Shown in pieces: positions 1 through 9,530 of a DNA stretch of 64,000 nt. The stretch spans positions 1 to 64,000 of the forward strand of contig CAVVPN010000010.1 in assembly GCA_963750165.1 (NCBI GenBank), written 5' to 3'. Within the stretch, counting starts at the first letter, position 1. Each line of letters begins with the position of its first letter. This DNA is from an uncultured Gemmataceae bacterium. Lineage in GTDB: Bacteria; Planctomycetota; Planctomycetia; Gemmatales; Gemmataceae. The notes under the pieces are model-generated. The model ran no database searches, was not told where the DNA came from, and worked only from the letters and a program-made list of their open reading frames with translations. Both the position numbers and the translations under genes were made by a program.

Positions 1-308
1 GGAACACCCCCTTGCGGGAGGGCGAGGCGATGGACCGCTGGCAAAAACTTGTGTCGGCCTACCATGAACTAGCCGTCGCTGAGGAGGCACGCCACCCCGT
101 CTGCTACCTCGACAACGAGGGGAAAGTCGCCGAAGCCGTGGGTTGTGCCGTCGAAACCCTCGATCGGGCCGGTTCCGCGGGGCCACCCGCCGGCCAGGTA
201 GGGCAGCTAAGACGACATTTCGTCGAGCTTCGGTCGCCGACGACGGCCCCGACCTTTTCTCCGGGGCCGAAGCAATACGAGAGGCTGAACCTTCGCCGCC
301 CAGGCTGA
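1..308 (+). CDS. C-terminal fragment of an upstream gene, possibly a nucleotide (dTMP-like) kinase
   Basis: WQKLVSAYHELA...VCYLDNEGKVAEAV resembles NMP-kinase C-termini; context next to aGPT-Pplase1; truncated by window edge. Confidence 0.35.
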   Translation, partial: NTPLREGEAMDRWQKLVSAYHELAVAEEARHPVCYLDNEGKVAEAVGCAVETLDRAGSAGPPAGQVGQLRRHFVELRSPTTAPTFSPGPKQYERLNLRRPG

Positions 309-346
309 AGAGCGAACAACGGCAGGGGCCGCAGATCATCTGCCCG

Positions 347-1449
347 ATGGCCCCGGCAAAGCCGTCGGAGGTCTACGCCACTTACTGGAAGTTCGCCGCC
401 GAGCGGCAGGCCGTGTTCTTCCGGCGGATCGAGGGAGCCGTGCCGCTGACGACCGACCCGACCTGGCCGAGCGCAAGTTCTGCAACGCCTATCGAGCCTC
501 CGACCGTGTCAGCCAGTACCTCATCCGCAATGTCATCTATCGCCATGATCAGTCGCCCGACGAGATCGTCTTCCGCACGCTGCTGTTCAAACAGTTCAAC
601 AAGATCGAAACATGGGAACTGTTGGAGCGGCAAGTTGGGCACCCCGTGCTACGCTGACTTCAATCTCAACCGCTACGCGGCCGTGCTGGACAAGGCCTTG
701 GAGGCCGGGCAGCGAATCTACTCGGCGGCCTACATCATGCCGTCAGGGTCCGGCGAATACGAGGACGCCCGCAAGCACCGCAGCCACCTGAAACTGCTCA
801 AACGGATGATGACAGACCAGCTTCCCCGGCGTCTGGCGCAGGTGGCGCACGATGAGGCAGGCGTTCGAGTTGATCTTGCCTACCCGATGATCGGCGACTT
901 CCTGGCCTACCAGTATGTCACCGATATCAACTACAGCGCGGCAACCAACTTCACGGAGATGGATTTCGTGGTGCGGGACCGGGGCTCGCGACGGCATCCG
1001 CAAGTGCTTCACAAGCCTGGGCGGTTGAGCGAGGCGGACATCATCCGTTGGGTGGCAGAGCACCAGGAGCGGGAGTGTGGAGCGGCTGGGCATCCTTTCC
1101 GAGCCCTGTGGGGTCGCCCCTTCAGCTAATCGACTGCCAGAACCTGTTCTGCGAAACCGACAAGTACGCCCGGGTGGCCCACCCTGAGGTCCAGGGAATC
1201 AGCGGCCGGACGCGGATCAAACAGACGTACCGTCCCAAATCGAATCCGATCAGCCTCTGGTATCCGCCCGAGTGGGGCATCAATGAGGCGGTCAAGGCGA
1301 CCCACGAGAAGAGGGCCGGTAACAACCACCCATCCGGCGGACCGACACGGGGAACTGAAAATGGCCAAGCGAGAAAAAAAGGCTCGGCGAAAAGACAACC
1401 GAGACTCTATAGACCCTCGACCTCCGTCGCCGCCCGTGTCGAACCCTGA
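347..1449 (+). CDS. aGPT-Pplase1 / 5-hmdU DNA kinase family protein (DNA base hypermodification), split by several indels
   Basis: Motifs across frames: YWKFAAERQAVFFRR, KFCNAYRASDRVSQYLIRNVIY, IYSAAYIM, IGDFLAYQYVTDINYS, LQLIDCQNLFCETDKYARVAHP. Confidence 0.8.
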
Positions 1450-2781
1450 AACGGCCTCGTACCCGGTGGGGAGAAACAGGGAACATGTCGATGATTCGGG
1501 CGTGAACGTAACCCTGTTTTTTGAAGCCATAGAACAATGCCGGAAGGAGGCAATCCAACTCTCTGCACGTCAATTGCTGGCCAGGATTCGGACCCAGCCA
1601 AGTTCCCATTCGGTCTGGAGCCTCCAGGAAGCGGTCTGGCCAGCCCTCGGCCTGCCAGAGTACTGCGGGATGCAGGATAAAGCCGTTAGGCTGACGGTTC
1701 TGCCTCTAAGCCGCATCGGCCAGATGGAAGGCAAGAGCGGCAGCCTGGTTCTGATTGGATAATTTTCCTTCGAGGAGGCGGACACCCTCTGCTCCCACCC
1801 GCTTGTCATCAAGACTCTCGACCGCACTAAGTCCAACAAACTCGGCGACGAGTACAAGAACGCCCTGAGCATCAAGCCGTTCGCCTACGATTCCAAAGAC
1901 AACTTCGCTATCCCCATCCTCTTCGACGAAGCCCAAGCTGGTTATAGAATCCTGTGGTCGATTGTTCCGCGACGGGTTCAGTCCCCCGTGCAAGCCCAGC
2001 TTCGGGAACGGCATCCCCCGCATTCGAGGTTGAAGACCTCCGCAAGCCGTTGAGCGGAGGCGACAACGAGCAGGCGGGGATGGCCTTTGAGGCTGCTTTT
2101 GACCTCCTCGGCAACTGTCACCGACGATTCGGGACGGCCTCCGTGGATGAAGTGGGCGTGGGCGTGGAGTATGAGTGGTACTTGCGGGAACTGGGCACCG
2201 TGTGGGGTGATGGATGGGTCGAAACCTGGGGGACGACCGACGAAAAATTCGTCCCCGACGCGGAAGTGCAAACCATCAACCCGCTCTGGGTGGTGGACCG
2301 GCTGAAGCCCTTGCGGTTCACCTTGTTCAGGGGGGCAATTCACGGCGACCTGCACCCCGGCAACATCATCCTCAAGAAGACGGGGATGCCGACGATCATC
2401 GACTTCGGTTGGGCACAGGGCAAGGCCCACATCGCCAAGGACTTCGTCCTGCTTGAGTGCAACCTGCGGTTCCTGACTCTGCGAACCGAACTCCGCGAGG
2501 ATGAGGTCCAGAGATTCAGCGAATGGGTCCGTTGGGGCGACACACCGCCGGCAAAAATGGGCGGCTATCTCCAGGGGCGGGTGAAACTGATTGAGCGGCT
2601 GCGTCAGAAGGCGATGGCTGTCTTCCCCGACGGGACGGACTGGGATCGGGAGTACGTCGTCCCGTTGTTCCTGGTGGCGGTGGGCCTACTGAGATTCGCC
2701 CCCCAACTCGGTAACCAGCAAGCTGCGGTTCGCCTAGTTCTTTCCACAGCCGCATACCTGACACAGGTATTGCAGTTGTGA
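1361..2781 (+). CDS. APH/protein-kinase-fold phosphotransferase (TCAD9-like); in-frame TAA at 1760 and frameshift near 1960
   Basis: GKSGSLV glycine loop, PLVIK, HGDLHPGNII, IIDFG, DFVLLE motifs. Confidence 0.7.
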
Positions 2782-2849
2782 CCGAGCGAGCAGGTCAGCC
2801 TCGTTGTTGCCGTTGGCCGCCCGTTGACGCTTTCCCCACGAGGACGCAT

Positions 2850-3757
2850 ATGCACTTCCGCGAATACCAGTTGAAGGCCAGGGAAACCGATCAGTCGCCG
2901 GAACACGACCAGAGAGGGATACTGATCCCGCTACTGGGGCTGGCGGGCGAGGTGGGCACGCTGCTTGCGGAGTACAAGAAGCACCTGAGGGATGGGAAGG
3001 CCCACGTCATGTTCAAGGATCAGGTGGCAGAGGAACTCGGCGACCTTCTGTGGTACGTCGCCGATGTCGCCACCAAGTTCGAGTTGGACCTTGATGAAAT
3101 TGTCGCCGCGAACCTGAAGAAGACCCAGAACCGCTGGCCGACAGGCGAAGTCGGTTCCAGCAAACTGTTCGACGAGGATTCCCCGCTTAACGAGCGGTTC
3201 CCCCGCCGCTTTGAGATGCTCATCAAGGAGGAGGTGGTGGCAGGCAAGGTGATGGTCCGTTGCTGGCTCGGGGCAGAGGGGGTCGGCGACCCGCTAACCG
3301 ACAACGCCTGGCAGGACGACGGCTATCGGTTCCATGACGTATTCCACCTGGCCCACATGGCCGTTTTGGGGTGGTCGCCCATCATGCGATCTCTGCTGAA
3401 GCGGAAGCGAAAGAGCCAGTCCCAGGTGGACGAGGTCGAGGAGGGGGCGAGGGCCAGAGTGGTCGAGGAGGCCATCTCCGCGATCGTCTATGACTACGCC
3501 CGCAAGCACGACTACCTGACGGCGTGCAAACGCTTGACTACCCGCTTTTGAAGACGATCCAGGGGTTGGTGTCTGACCGTGAGGTTCAGGTTTGCTCGCT
3601 ATACGAGTGGCAGAAGGCGATCCTGGCCGGTTACCGCGTTTGGCGTCAGGTCTGGCAGAACAAGGGGGGCGTCGTCGTGGGGGACTTGGTCGAGCGGAGC
3701 CTGGACTACCGGCCAGAGCCGGTGGCGATCCACGCCTCGATCAAGACGCAGTCATAG
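2850..3757 (+). CDS. MazG nucleotide pyrophosphohydrolase fused to MazG_C domain (frameshift near 3520)
   Basis: LLGLAGEVG..EELGDLLWYVA MazG motif; GDPLTDNAWQDDGYRFHDVFHLAH MazG_C motif. Confidence 0.85.
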
Positions 3758-3850
3758 TTGCTTATCCTCGGTCGCGTTGAGGGCTGCCAGCAGAATCGGG
3801 TCGTTCGTGTGGTACTTCATAGTCGCGGTTTCCTTGGTTGGTGTCGGTGA

Positions 3851-4182
3851 TTAGGGCTCATTTGGGATACTTCTGGTTTCATCTTTTCCTCGTGGGGCTC
3901 GCTGAAAAAATAATGAAAGAACGACACATAAATCGGATTCGCTGTCGCTGACATCGGGTTTGCCGTTGGACAGGGCTTTCTTGATCTCGCGGATGTATGC
4001 GTACACGGTGGCCCGGTCCAGGCCCAATTCTTTCGCAATTAAATTAACGGTCTCGTTAGTCGTGAGGTTCGGTTGCGATTGGAGAATAGCCTGGCCCTGT
4101 GCAATCGTTGTTGCTTTGGCGACTTGTTCGACAGGGCAAGTAGTTCCGGGCCGGGGTTGAGGGGTTTGACTGGTGGGCTCAT
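3851..4182 (-). CDS. Small HTH protein, paralog 1 (probable frameshift near 4085)
   Basis: QPNLTTNETVNLIAKELGLDRATVYAYIREI HTH-like. Confidence 0.5.
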
Positions 4183-4232
4183 CCCCAGCAGCGTTACCTG
4201 ACCAGGGATGAGCTTGCACGGACAAATGGTTA

Positions 4233-4499
4233 TCAATCAGTACTTGCCTGAATGCTGGATGCGTACCGCTCACTATACCAGTATGATTCCACCAAATGGA
4301 ACGGTGTTTCCACGTCGTCGTATTCGTGGTCTTGGTAGTGACATTTCCAACCATCTACCATATCGGGGAATGGTTTCCCGATCACCAAGTCTAGGGTGCC
4401 ACCATCGCAGTGAGCATAGGAAATAGGAAAACCGATCAGTGTTACATTCGTATCGGTTGGCACCTTGTCGAGAATTGCTTTCAAGTCAGCTGCGGTCAT
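4233..4499 (-). CDS. Small phage-like hypothetical protein
   Basis: 88-aa ORF starting MTAADLKAILDKVP, co-oriented with the island backbone. Confidence 0.45.
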   Translation of the reverse strand: MTAADLKAILDKVPTDTNVTLIGFPISYAHCDGGTLDLVIGKPFPDMVDGWKCHYQDHEYDDVETPFHLVESYWYSERYASSIQASTD

Positions 4500-4612
4500 T
4501 TTGCGTTGCTCTTTCGCTTTTGAGAGAGGGTTGCTCTGGAGATTTCAGCCGCCCAGATTATTTCCACCTTTTCTGTACTGCAAGAGTCTGTTGCCTCTAT
4601 CCTACGCTGAGG

Positions 4613-4950
4613 TTATTGCTGGCAGGCAATTTTCCCTGGGGATAGGCGTTCGAGGATGGCGTCCAGTGTCCAACGCTTGGGTGACTTGTTGGGTTGGGTT
4701 GGAGGATTTGGGTTGCCAGGTGGCGTGTCGGGTTGCCTGGCTGGGAATCGCTGCTGCTCCCGGAGCTGGTGCTGGACCTCACGGAGGTAGGCTCTCGCCA
4801 CGTGGTCGGGAACGCCGAGCGATTCGGCAACCAGGTGGGCGAGTTGGCGGAGTGGCGTCGCGGGGTGTTGCTGCCAGACGCACAGCGTTCGGCTCAGGCG
4901 GTGCCGGTGTCCAGCGGGTGGTCAATGACTGACGTGAGAAGTGTGGTCAT
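4613..4950 (-). CDS. Small HTH protein, paralog 2 (probable frameshift near 5' end)
   Basis: QHPATPLRQLAHLVAESLGVPDHVARAYLREV. Confidence 0.45.
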
Positions 4951-5087
4951 AGGGCAGTCCTGAAAGTTGAATTACTTCAACTTACTGGTCCTGATTACCA
5001 GTGTGTCGGTGGTTGAACTGGTGGAGATTGGTGGAGTGCTAGACATCATCGCCGAGTTGAACCCGAGTCGGTCTGGCCGGAGCGGCC

Positions 5088-5297
5088 CTAACCGATGGAC
5101 CATTGCCGAAGCCAACAGTATGCCGTTTGTGCGGCAATCTTGTACTTCGTGACCAGGTGGTTTTTGAGGTCAGAGAGGTACGGCGGTGGGTCTGCTTTGA
5201 GGCGGGCGAGGACTTCTTGTCGGATGGCCTCCTTCTGCTGGGCACTAATGATCCGGAACCGACGTTTCACGTTGTGCTGTGGTTTGTCTGTTGGCAT
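5088..5297 (-). CDS. Small HTH protein, paralog 3
   Basis: ADPPPYLSDLKNHLVTKYKIAAQTAYCWLRQW. Confidence 0.45.
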   Translation of the reverse strand: MPTDKPQHNVKRRFRIISAQQKEAIRQEVLARLKADPPPYLSDLKNHLVTKYKIAAQTAYCWLRQWSIG

Positions 5298-6027
5298 GGG
5301 TATGTTCTGGTGCTCCGGAATGCGTATTGTTGCGAGGAAGCCGGGTATCCACTTGAGTAACTGAATCTTCAAGGGTCCATGGCTTTGTCGATTGGCGGTC
5401 CCTTCATGTGGTGCCTCGCCCTACGTCCTGGTGGTGTCCGCGGAGCGGACGTTTCTGAAGTTGGGCAAGAGCAGCAGCAGAAGGAACGCCAAGTCTGGAA
5501 TAATTGCACTCCTTTGTCCGTATCACGATGGTTATTGATTCTGAGACGATGCAAATTGTTTGTAACTGTGTACCGTGTGTCTGGGTTTGATGGTCCGGTT
5601 CTGCTGTTTCTCTGCAGGTTTTTTCTTGTGCTCTGTGTTTGTTTCTGATGTTAGCATCTGTTTCTGTTTGTCTGTTTGTGAATTCCGGTCGTTCTCTGTG
5701 TTCTGGTTTCTGTGTTAGTGTCAGTAAGGTTCTTCTTTGTCCTCTCCCATGCCCCGCCTGATTTTGCGTTGGCTCAGGCCGCCCGCGGGTGTATGGTGTG
5801 AGTGCCTCTTTATTTTGGACCGCCACTACGCGTATCACCCCTTTTGTGTCCACGACTGAGGCCAGGCGGGACCCTGCCACACTTCTGCATTCATACATGG
5901 TTGGCAGCTTGACCAAATTCTCGGAACCCCGGCTAATGAATTCGATTCCTTGTATCTATACCGCTCACCCACTCACCCGCTATCTCGCGGACGGAGATAT
6001 TTCAAAATGCCCATGCGGGAAACAGGA

Positions 6028-6055
6028 TGGCCCAAGGGGAATACCCCTTGGGCCA
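6028..6055. repeat. Perfect 12-bp inverted repeat
   Basis: TGGCCCAAGGGG-aata-CCCCTTGGGCCA. Confidence 0.9.
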
Positions 6056-6099
6056 CGCACGATTGCTCGCTTTCGTTACTCTACACTACCTTTTGCGTG

Positions 6100-6333
6100 T
6101 CAGCTTTCGAGTGGGTATTCCCATTGCCCCGCTACCAGGTAAATTGTTGCCCCTCCCCTCGGGGACCATCCCTGCGGCTTGGTCTGGACACGCTCATGCC
6201 CCTTCCAGCCAGGGGCTGCTGTGTGCCTCGGCTGGGACTTATTGCCAGCACACCTGCTGCAGTACCTCGTGTCGGGGAGCACCTGCAGCCTTCCCCCTTC
6301 GATGGATCGGTAACAGTCGGCACAAGTCTTCAT
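6100..6333 (-). CDS. TraR/DksA C4-type zinc finger protein
   Basis: CADCYRSIEGGRLQVLPDTRYCSRC. Confidence 0.75.
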   Translation of the reverse strand: MKTCADCYRSIEGGRLQVLPDTRYCSRCAGNKSQPRHTAAPGWKGHERVQTKPQGWSPRGGATIYLVAGQWEYPLES

Positions 6334-6361
6334 TTTCTTCTCCTTCGTTGATTTCAGGTTG

Positions 6362-7159
6362 TCAGAAGAGCATCGGGTTGGGCATGAATCCCGCCACCAC
6401 CCTCCGGGTCAACTTCCCGCTCGGGTCGGTTGCTGCCGCGATCAGGCCTTCCATCACCCACCGGACCACGCCGTTGCACTTTGCCGCCAGCAGCTTGACG
6501 ATCTCATCGCCTTCGTCCGGGATCTCGAACTCCCGCAGCCGTGCCCGAATGAATTCAAACACCTCCTCTTCGGTGGGCTTCTCAGTGTAGATCTTCTTGC
6601 GGAAGCGGCTCAGGAAGGACAGGTAACGGTTCTTGTCCTCCTCCTCCGTGTCGGTCTTCCGCCGCTTGCTGTGGAAATCTTGGGCGGTCGCATAGGTCAC
6701 GACGCTGGGGTGCTCCAGCAAGGGGCGGCATTTCTGCTCGAGGCCCCGGTGGAACAACTCCCCGGCCTCGTCGAGGAGGACGACGCTGTGATCGGCCCCG
6801 ACCTCCTCCGCGACCGTGGCGGAGACCAGTTCGTTCAGGCGGGCTTCCGTCACCGACGCCCCATCGATGCGGACGAAGTTGAACCGCTGACCGCGGTGGG
6901 CAGCGAACATCACGTTCTTCTCCTCGTACCCGAGTTTGGAGTCATTCCACCGGGTCCGCAGGTGGCTGATGAGGGTGCTCGTCTTGCCCGTGCCGGGTTC
7001 GCCCACCACGAGCAGGTTGACTTCCTCGAACGGCTTCCAGTCTTCCTTGCACAGTTTCAAGTAGTCCCGGAGGTCGTAATTTCCGCAAACGTCGTCCAGC
7101 GTGGGTGGGATCCACTTCTCGATGGTTTTCGGGTTGAATCGTTTCGGCATGGTTTTCAC
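6362..7159 (-). CDS. Clamp-loader-clade (DnaX/RFC/RarA-like) AAA+ ATPase
   Basis: PPTLDDVCGN box, Walker A GEPGTGKT, Walker B VVLLDEA, SRF arginine finger, lid GVVR. Confidence 0.8.
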   Translation of the reverse strand: MKTMPKRFNPKTIEKWIPPTLDDVCGNYDLRDYLKLCKEDWKPFEEVNLLVVGEPGTGKTSTLISHLRTRWNDSKLGYEEKNVMFAAHRGQRFNFVRIDGASVTEARLNELVSATVAEEVGADHSVVLLDEAGELFHRGLEQKCRPLLEHPSVVTYATAQDFHSKRRKTDTEEEDKNRYLSFLSRFRKKIYTEKPTEEEVFEFIRARLREFEIPDEGDEIVKLLAAKCNGVVRWVMEGLIAAATDPSGKLTRRVVAGFMPNPMLF

Positions 7160-7182
7160 CTCAGTAATGGTGTTTGAAGAAA

Positions 7183-7249
7183 GAAGTGTCGGCCAGGTCG
7201 GAAGTCTTTTTGGTCTGCTAAGTTACTTCCAGCAGCTGGCCGACACTTC
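7183..7249. promoter_or_regulatory. Extended stem-loop upstream of the AAA+ gene
   Basis: GAAGTGTCGGCCAG/CTGGCCGACACTTC 14-bp stem plus inner GGAAGT/ACTTCC. Confidence 0.6.
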
Positions 7250-7259
7250 GACGACGGTT

Positions 7260-8027
7260 TCACGACGGTTGGAACTGAGCAGTGTCGCTTGGGGTTCCTT
7301 GGCGGAGTTCCTCAGACACCTGGTTGTACCACTGCATCACCCACGCTTGCTGTTCTGGTGTCATCTTCTGCACCACCTCGGTGAATTGCATTCCTTGGGT
7401 GGTTTCGCCTGATTGTGGGGTGACGTTCTCCTGGCCTTCTTCCTTGGGCGGCGGGGGCGGCGGTGGGAGTTCCTTGTACTCCACCTTCCAGAGTCGCAGG
7501 TTGGTGTTCTTGGGCTGCAAGGTCACCCCGTAGGGCTGAATCGTTTCCTTGAGGTCGGCGAACTGGTGTCCCAGGGCGATGGCATTCTTCGGCCACCCCG
7601 AAACGGTGCTGGTGTCGAGGCCCATCTGTCTCGCCATGCCCGCGAGAAACTGCACCCACCTCGCCGATGGGGCTTCAATTTCCTTTTGTTGCTTGATGAA
7701 TTCAAGCAACACCTGACCCAGGACTGGCAACTTAGGCAGGGAATCCCTCTTTCCCTGTCGGGGCTTACGGCGTGGTCGCTCCAGGGCATGCCCCCGCACG
7801 ACCCTACGGGCGTCCTCGACTTGCTTCGGGGTCGGGGTCCGCCCGTTCTCTTCCCGCAAGAGCATTGCCAGGTAGGCGGTGAAGTCCTCCGAATCCAAAG
7901 CGACCTGGATTTCCTCGTCGGACTTGGTGCCGCCTGGCTGGAAAATTTGGATATGCCCCCAGGCGTTCGGGGGCGTGGCCTCGTCCAGGAACGGGTCGAT
8001 CAAGGGGATCAGGGCTTCGTAGGTCAT
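7260..8027 (-). CDS. Hypothetical protein resembling the N- and C-terminal parts of island replication ATPases
   Basis: SEDFTAYLAMLLREENGRTPTPKQVEDA and GWPKNAIALGHQFADL..GV segments; no Walker A. Confidence 0.55.
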   Translation of the reverse strand: MTYEALIPLIDPFLDEATPPNAWGHIQIFQPGGTKSDEEIQVALDSEDFTAYLAMLLREENGRTPTPKQVEDARRVVRGHALERPRRKPRQGKRDSLPKLPVLGQVLLEFIKQQKEIEAPSARWVQFLAGMARQMGLDTSTVSGWPKNAIALGHQFADLKETIQPYGVTLQPKNTNLRLWKVEYKELPPPPPPPKEEGQENVTPQSGETTQGMQFTEVVQKMTPEQQAWVMQWYNQVSEELRQGTPSDTAQFQPS

Positions 8028-8056
8028 TGTTCGTCCTTTCGAGAGTAAGTGACCGA

Positions 8057-8371
8057 TCACAGGCCGTATGCGGCCAGTTCGCGGTCGATCATGTCTTGCC
8101 GCTTCTTGTCTTGGCGTTCGCGTTGATGTGTGGTGGCCGCTGTCGCGGCGGCATCGCCGGACAGGGCCTTGATGAACCGCTGGATGTCTTCCTGGGTGGT
8201 GTACCACCTGCCGCCGAGTCTGACGGCGGCGAGTTTTACGCGGTCGGGACCAACCCCACTCAGTACCCAGCGTTTGATGGTGGATGGGTGGACGGGGCGG
8301 TCCCTGGAGCGGGGCATGTGCTTGCACACCTCCCGCAGCGGGCAGAGATTTGACGTGTGGACTCCGAGCAT
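8057..8371 (-). CDS. DUF1580 HTH / excisionase-like protein
   Basis: PVHPSTIKRWVLSG..VKLAAVRLGGRWYTTQEDIQRF. Confidence 0.85.
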   Translation of the reverse strand: MLGVHTSNLCPLREVCKHMPRSRDRPVHPSTIKRWVLSGVGPDRVKLAAVRLGGRWYTTQEDIQRFIKALSGDAAATAATTHQRERQDKKRQDMIDRELAAYGL

Positions 8372-8562
8372 TCGGCACCTCCTAGTAGATGGTTGGCAGG
8401 CGATCTACCAACTGGAGGGCCATTCAAATGAGAACGAATTGGTCGGCGTCGAATTGACTTAAAGGTTAATTTTGCAAGTAGTTATGGAAATTACTTGAAA
8501 ATATGACGCTATGCAAACCGGCCTCAGAAGTGAATTGCATAACCGCGGATTCCGTGTGTCGA

Positions 8563-9258
8563 TTACTCCTTATTAGGGTATTTGGCCTCCACTATGCCGT
8601 CTTTTTTCTTAATGCCTTCAAGGAAGTCTTCGCGGTCCAGCGTGAACAATGCGAGGTATGAATCCCAGCCTTTTTCAGGGAAAAGCTCCGAAATAACCCG
8701 ACTTACCTTGGACTGACTCCAGCCAAGCTTTTCAGCTATCTGGGACTGCGTAAGTGGTTTCAAGTCAGGCTCTCGGCTTTTCCAGCGATGGTGCAGGTCC
8801 AAGAACGCGTTGAGGTGTGCTACTGCAGCCACGCCTGGGGGCCGCCTGGTCACTGAACGACCTTTCACATCCATGTTTGTCGCAGGCTTATCGAGCCCAT
8901 AGTGGTCGCGAAGCCATTGGGCGAATGAAATGACCCCCTGGATGACTTCGTCAAGGATTACTCCCGATTCGTCATAGGTGTCGATCCCGGTGTGGTCGTT
9001 CACCGAGAGTATCTGTCTCCAGTAGTTGAAGCCTGGAAGGGGCAGGCATGCCACCGGATCAGAATCTTTGTTGGACTGAAACGCAGGATAGGTCACTTCC
9101 AGAGCCGAGACCGCCTTGACCAGACTGTGATCTGAACCGAGGAGATCAGGCATGTACTCTCGCGGGCCGCAGCAGTAGGTGGCGTAGAAATTGTACCGAG
9201 CGAGTTCATCAAGAACCGTTTGGGCGAGTTTCTTCTGCTCTCTGTTGGGGGGCGTCAT
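8563..9258 (-). CDS. C-terminal HTH regulator
   Basis: LTQSQIAEKLGWSQSKVSRVI. Confidence 0.7.
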   Translation of the reverse strand: MTPPNREQKKLAQTVLDELARYNFYATYCCGPREYMPDLLGSDHSLVKAVSALEVTYPAFQSNKDSDPVACLPLPGFNYWRQILSVNDHTGIDTYDESGVILDEVIQGVISFAQWLRDHYGLDKPATNMDVKGRSVTRRPPGVAAVAHLNAFLDLHHRWKSREPDLKPLTQSQIAEKLGWSQSKVSRVISELFPEKGWDSYLALFTLDREDFLEGIKKKDGIVEAKYPNKE

Positions 9259-9289
9259 GGCTGTCACTCGGGTTTTTTGGGGCTTTTCG

Positions 9290-9319
9290 ACTACCGGAAT
9301 ACTACCGGTTTACTACCGG
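9290..9319. repeat. Three ACTACCGG direct repeats at 11-bp period (integrase arm-site-like)
   Basis: Copies start at 9290, 9301 and 9312, about 150 bp inside the att core. Confidence 0.7.
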
Positions 9320-9464
9320 GTGAACCACCGAAATACCGCAATTTCTGCGGTTTTTTGCGTCGTTTTGCTGGGCTTGAAATCGGCAATTGGGCGTGGTATC
9401 ATCACTCACATCTTTCGTGCTTTCAGGTAGTTGCGTCGATGACTGATGGGGAAAGCCGCAAATT

Positions 9465-9506
9465 TTCGTAAAGCATAGGTCCTGGGTTCAAATCCCAGAG
9501 TCGGCT
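9465..9506 (+). tRNA. 3'-half remnant of tRNA-Thr(CGT) = att site
   Basis: TTCGTAA anticodon loop, AGCAT, AGGTC, T-arm CTGGG-TTCAAAT-CCCAG, acceptor AGTCGGC-T; no pairing 5' half upstream. Confidence 0.85.
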
Positions 9507-9530
9507 TTTGACTTCCGCAATCTTCTCACA

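Larger units (their letters stand above)
1..9506. mobile_element. Right part of a tRNA-Thr-integrated genomic island/IME (left end and integrase outside the window)
   Basis: Ends in a tRNA 3'-half remnant; visibly lower GC; DUF1580 excisionase-like gene, AAA+ and small phage-like ORFs; host-like high-GC genes resume at 9531. Confidence 0.85.

Noticed and set aside
9421..9510. Complete tRNA gene
   Set aside because: No D-arm, 5' acceptor strand or 5' anticodon stem; only the 3' half is present.
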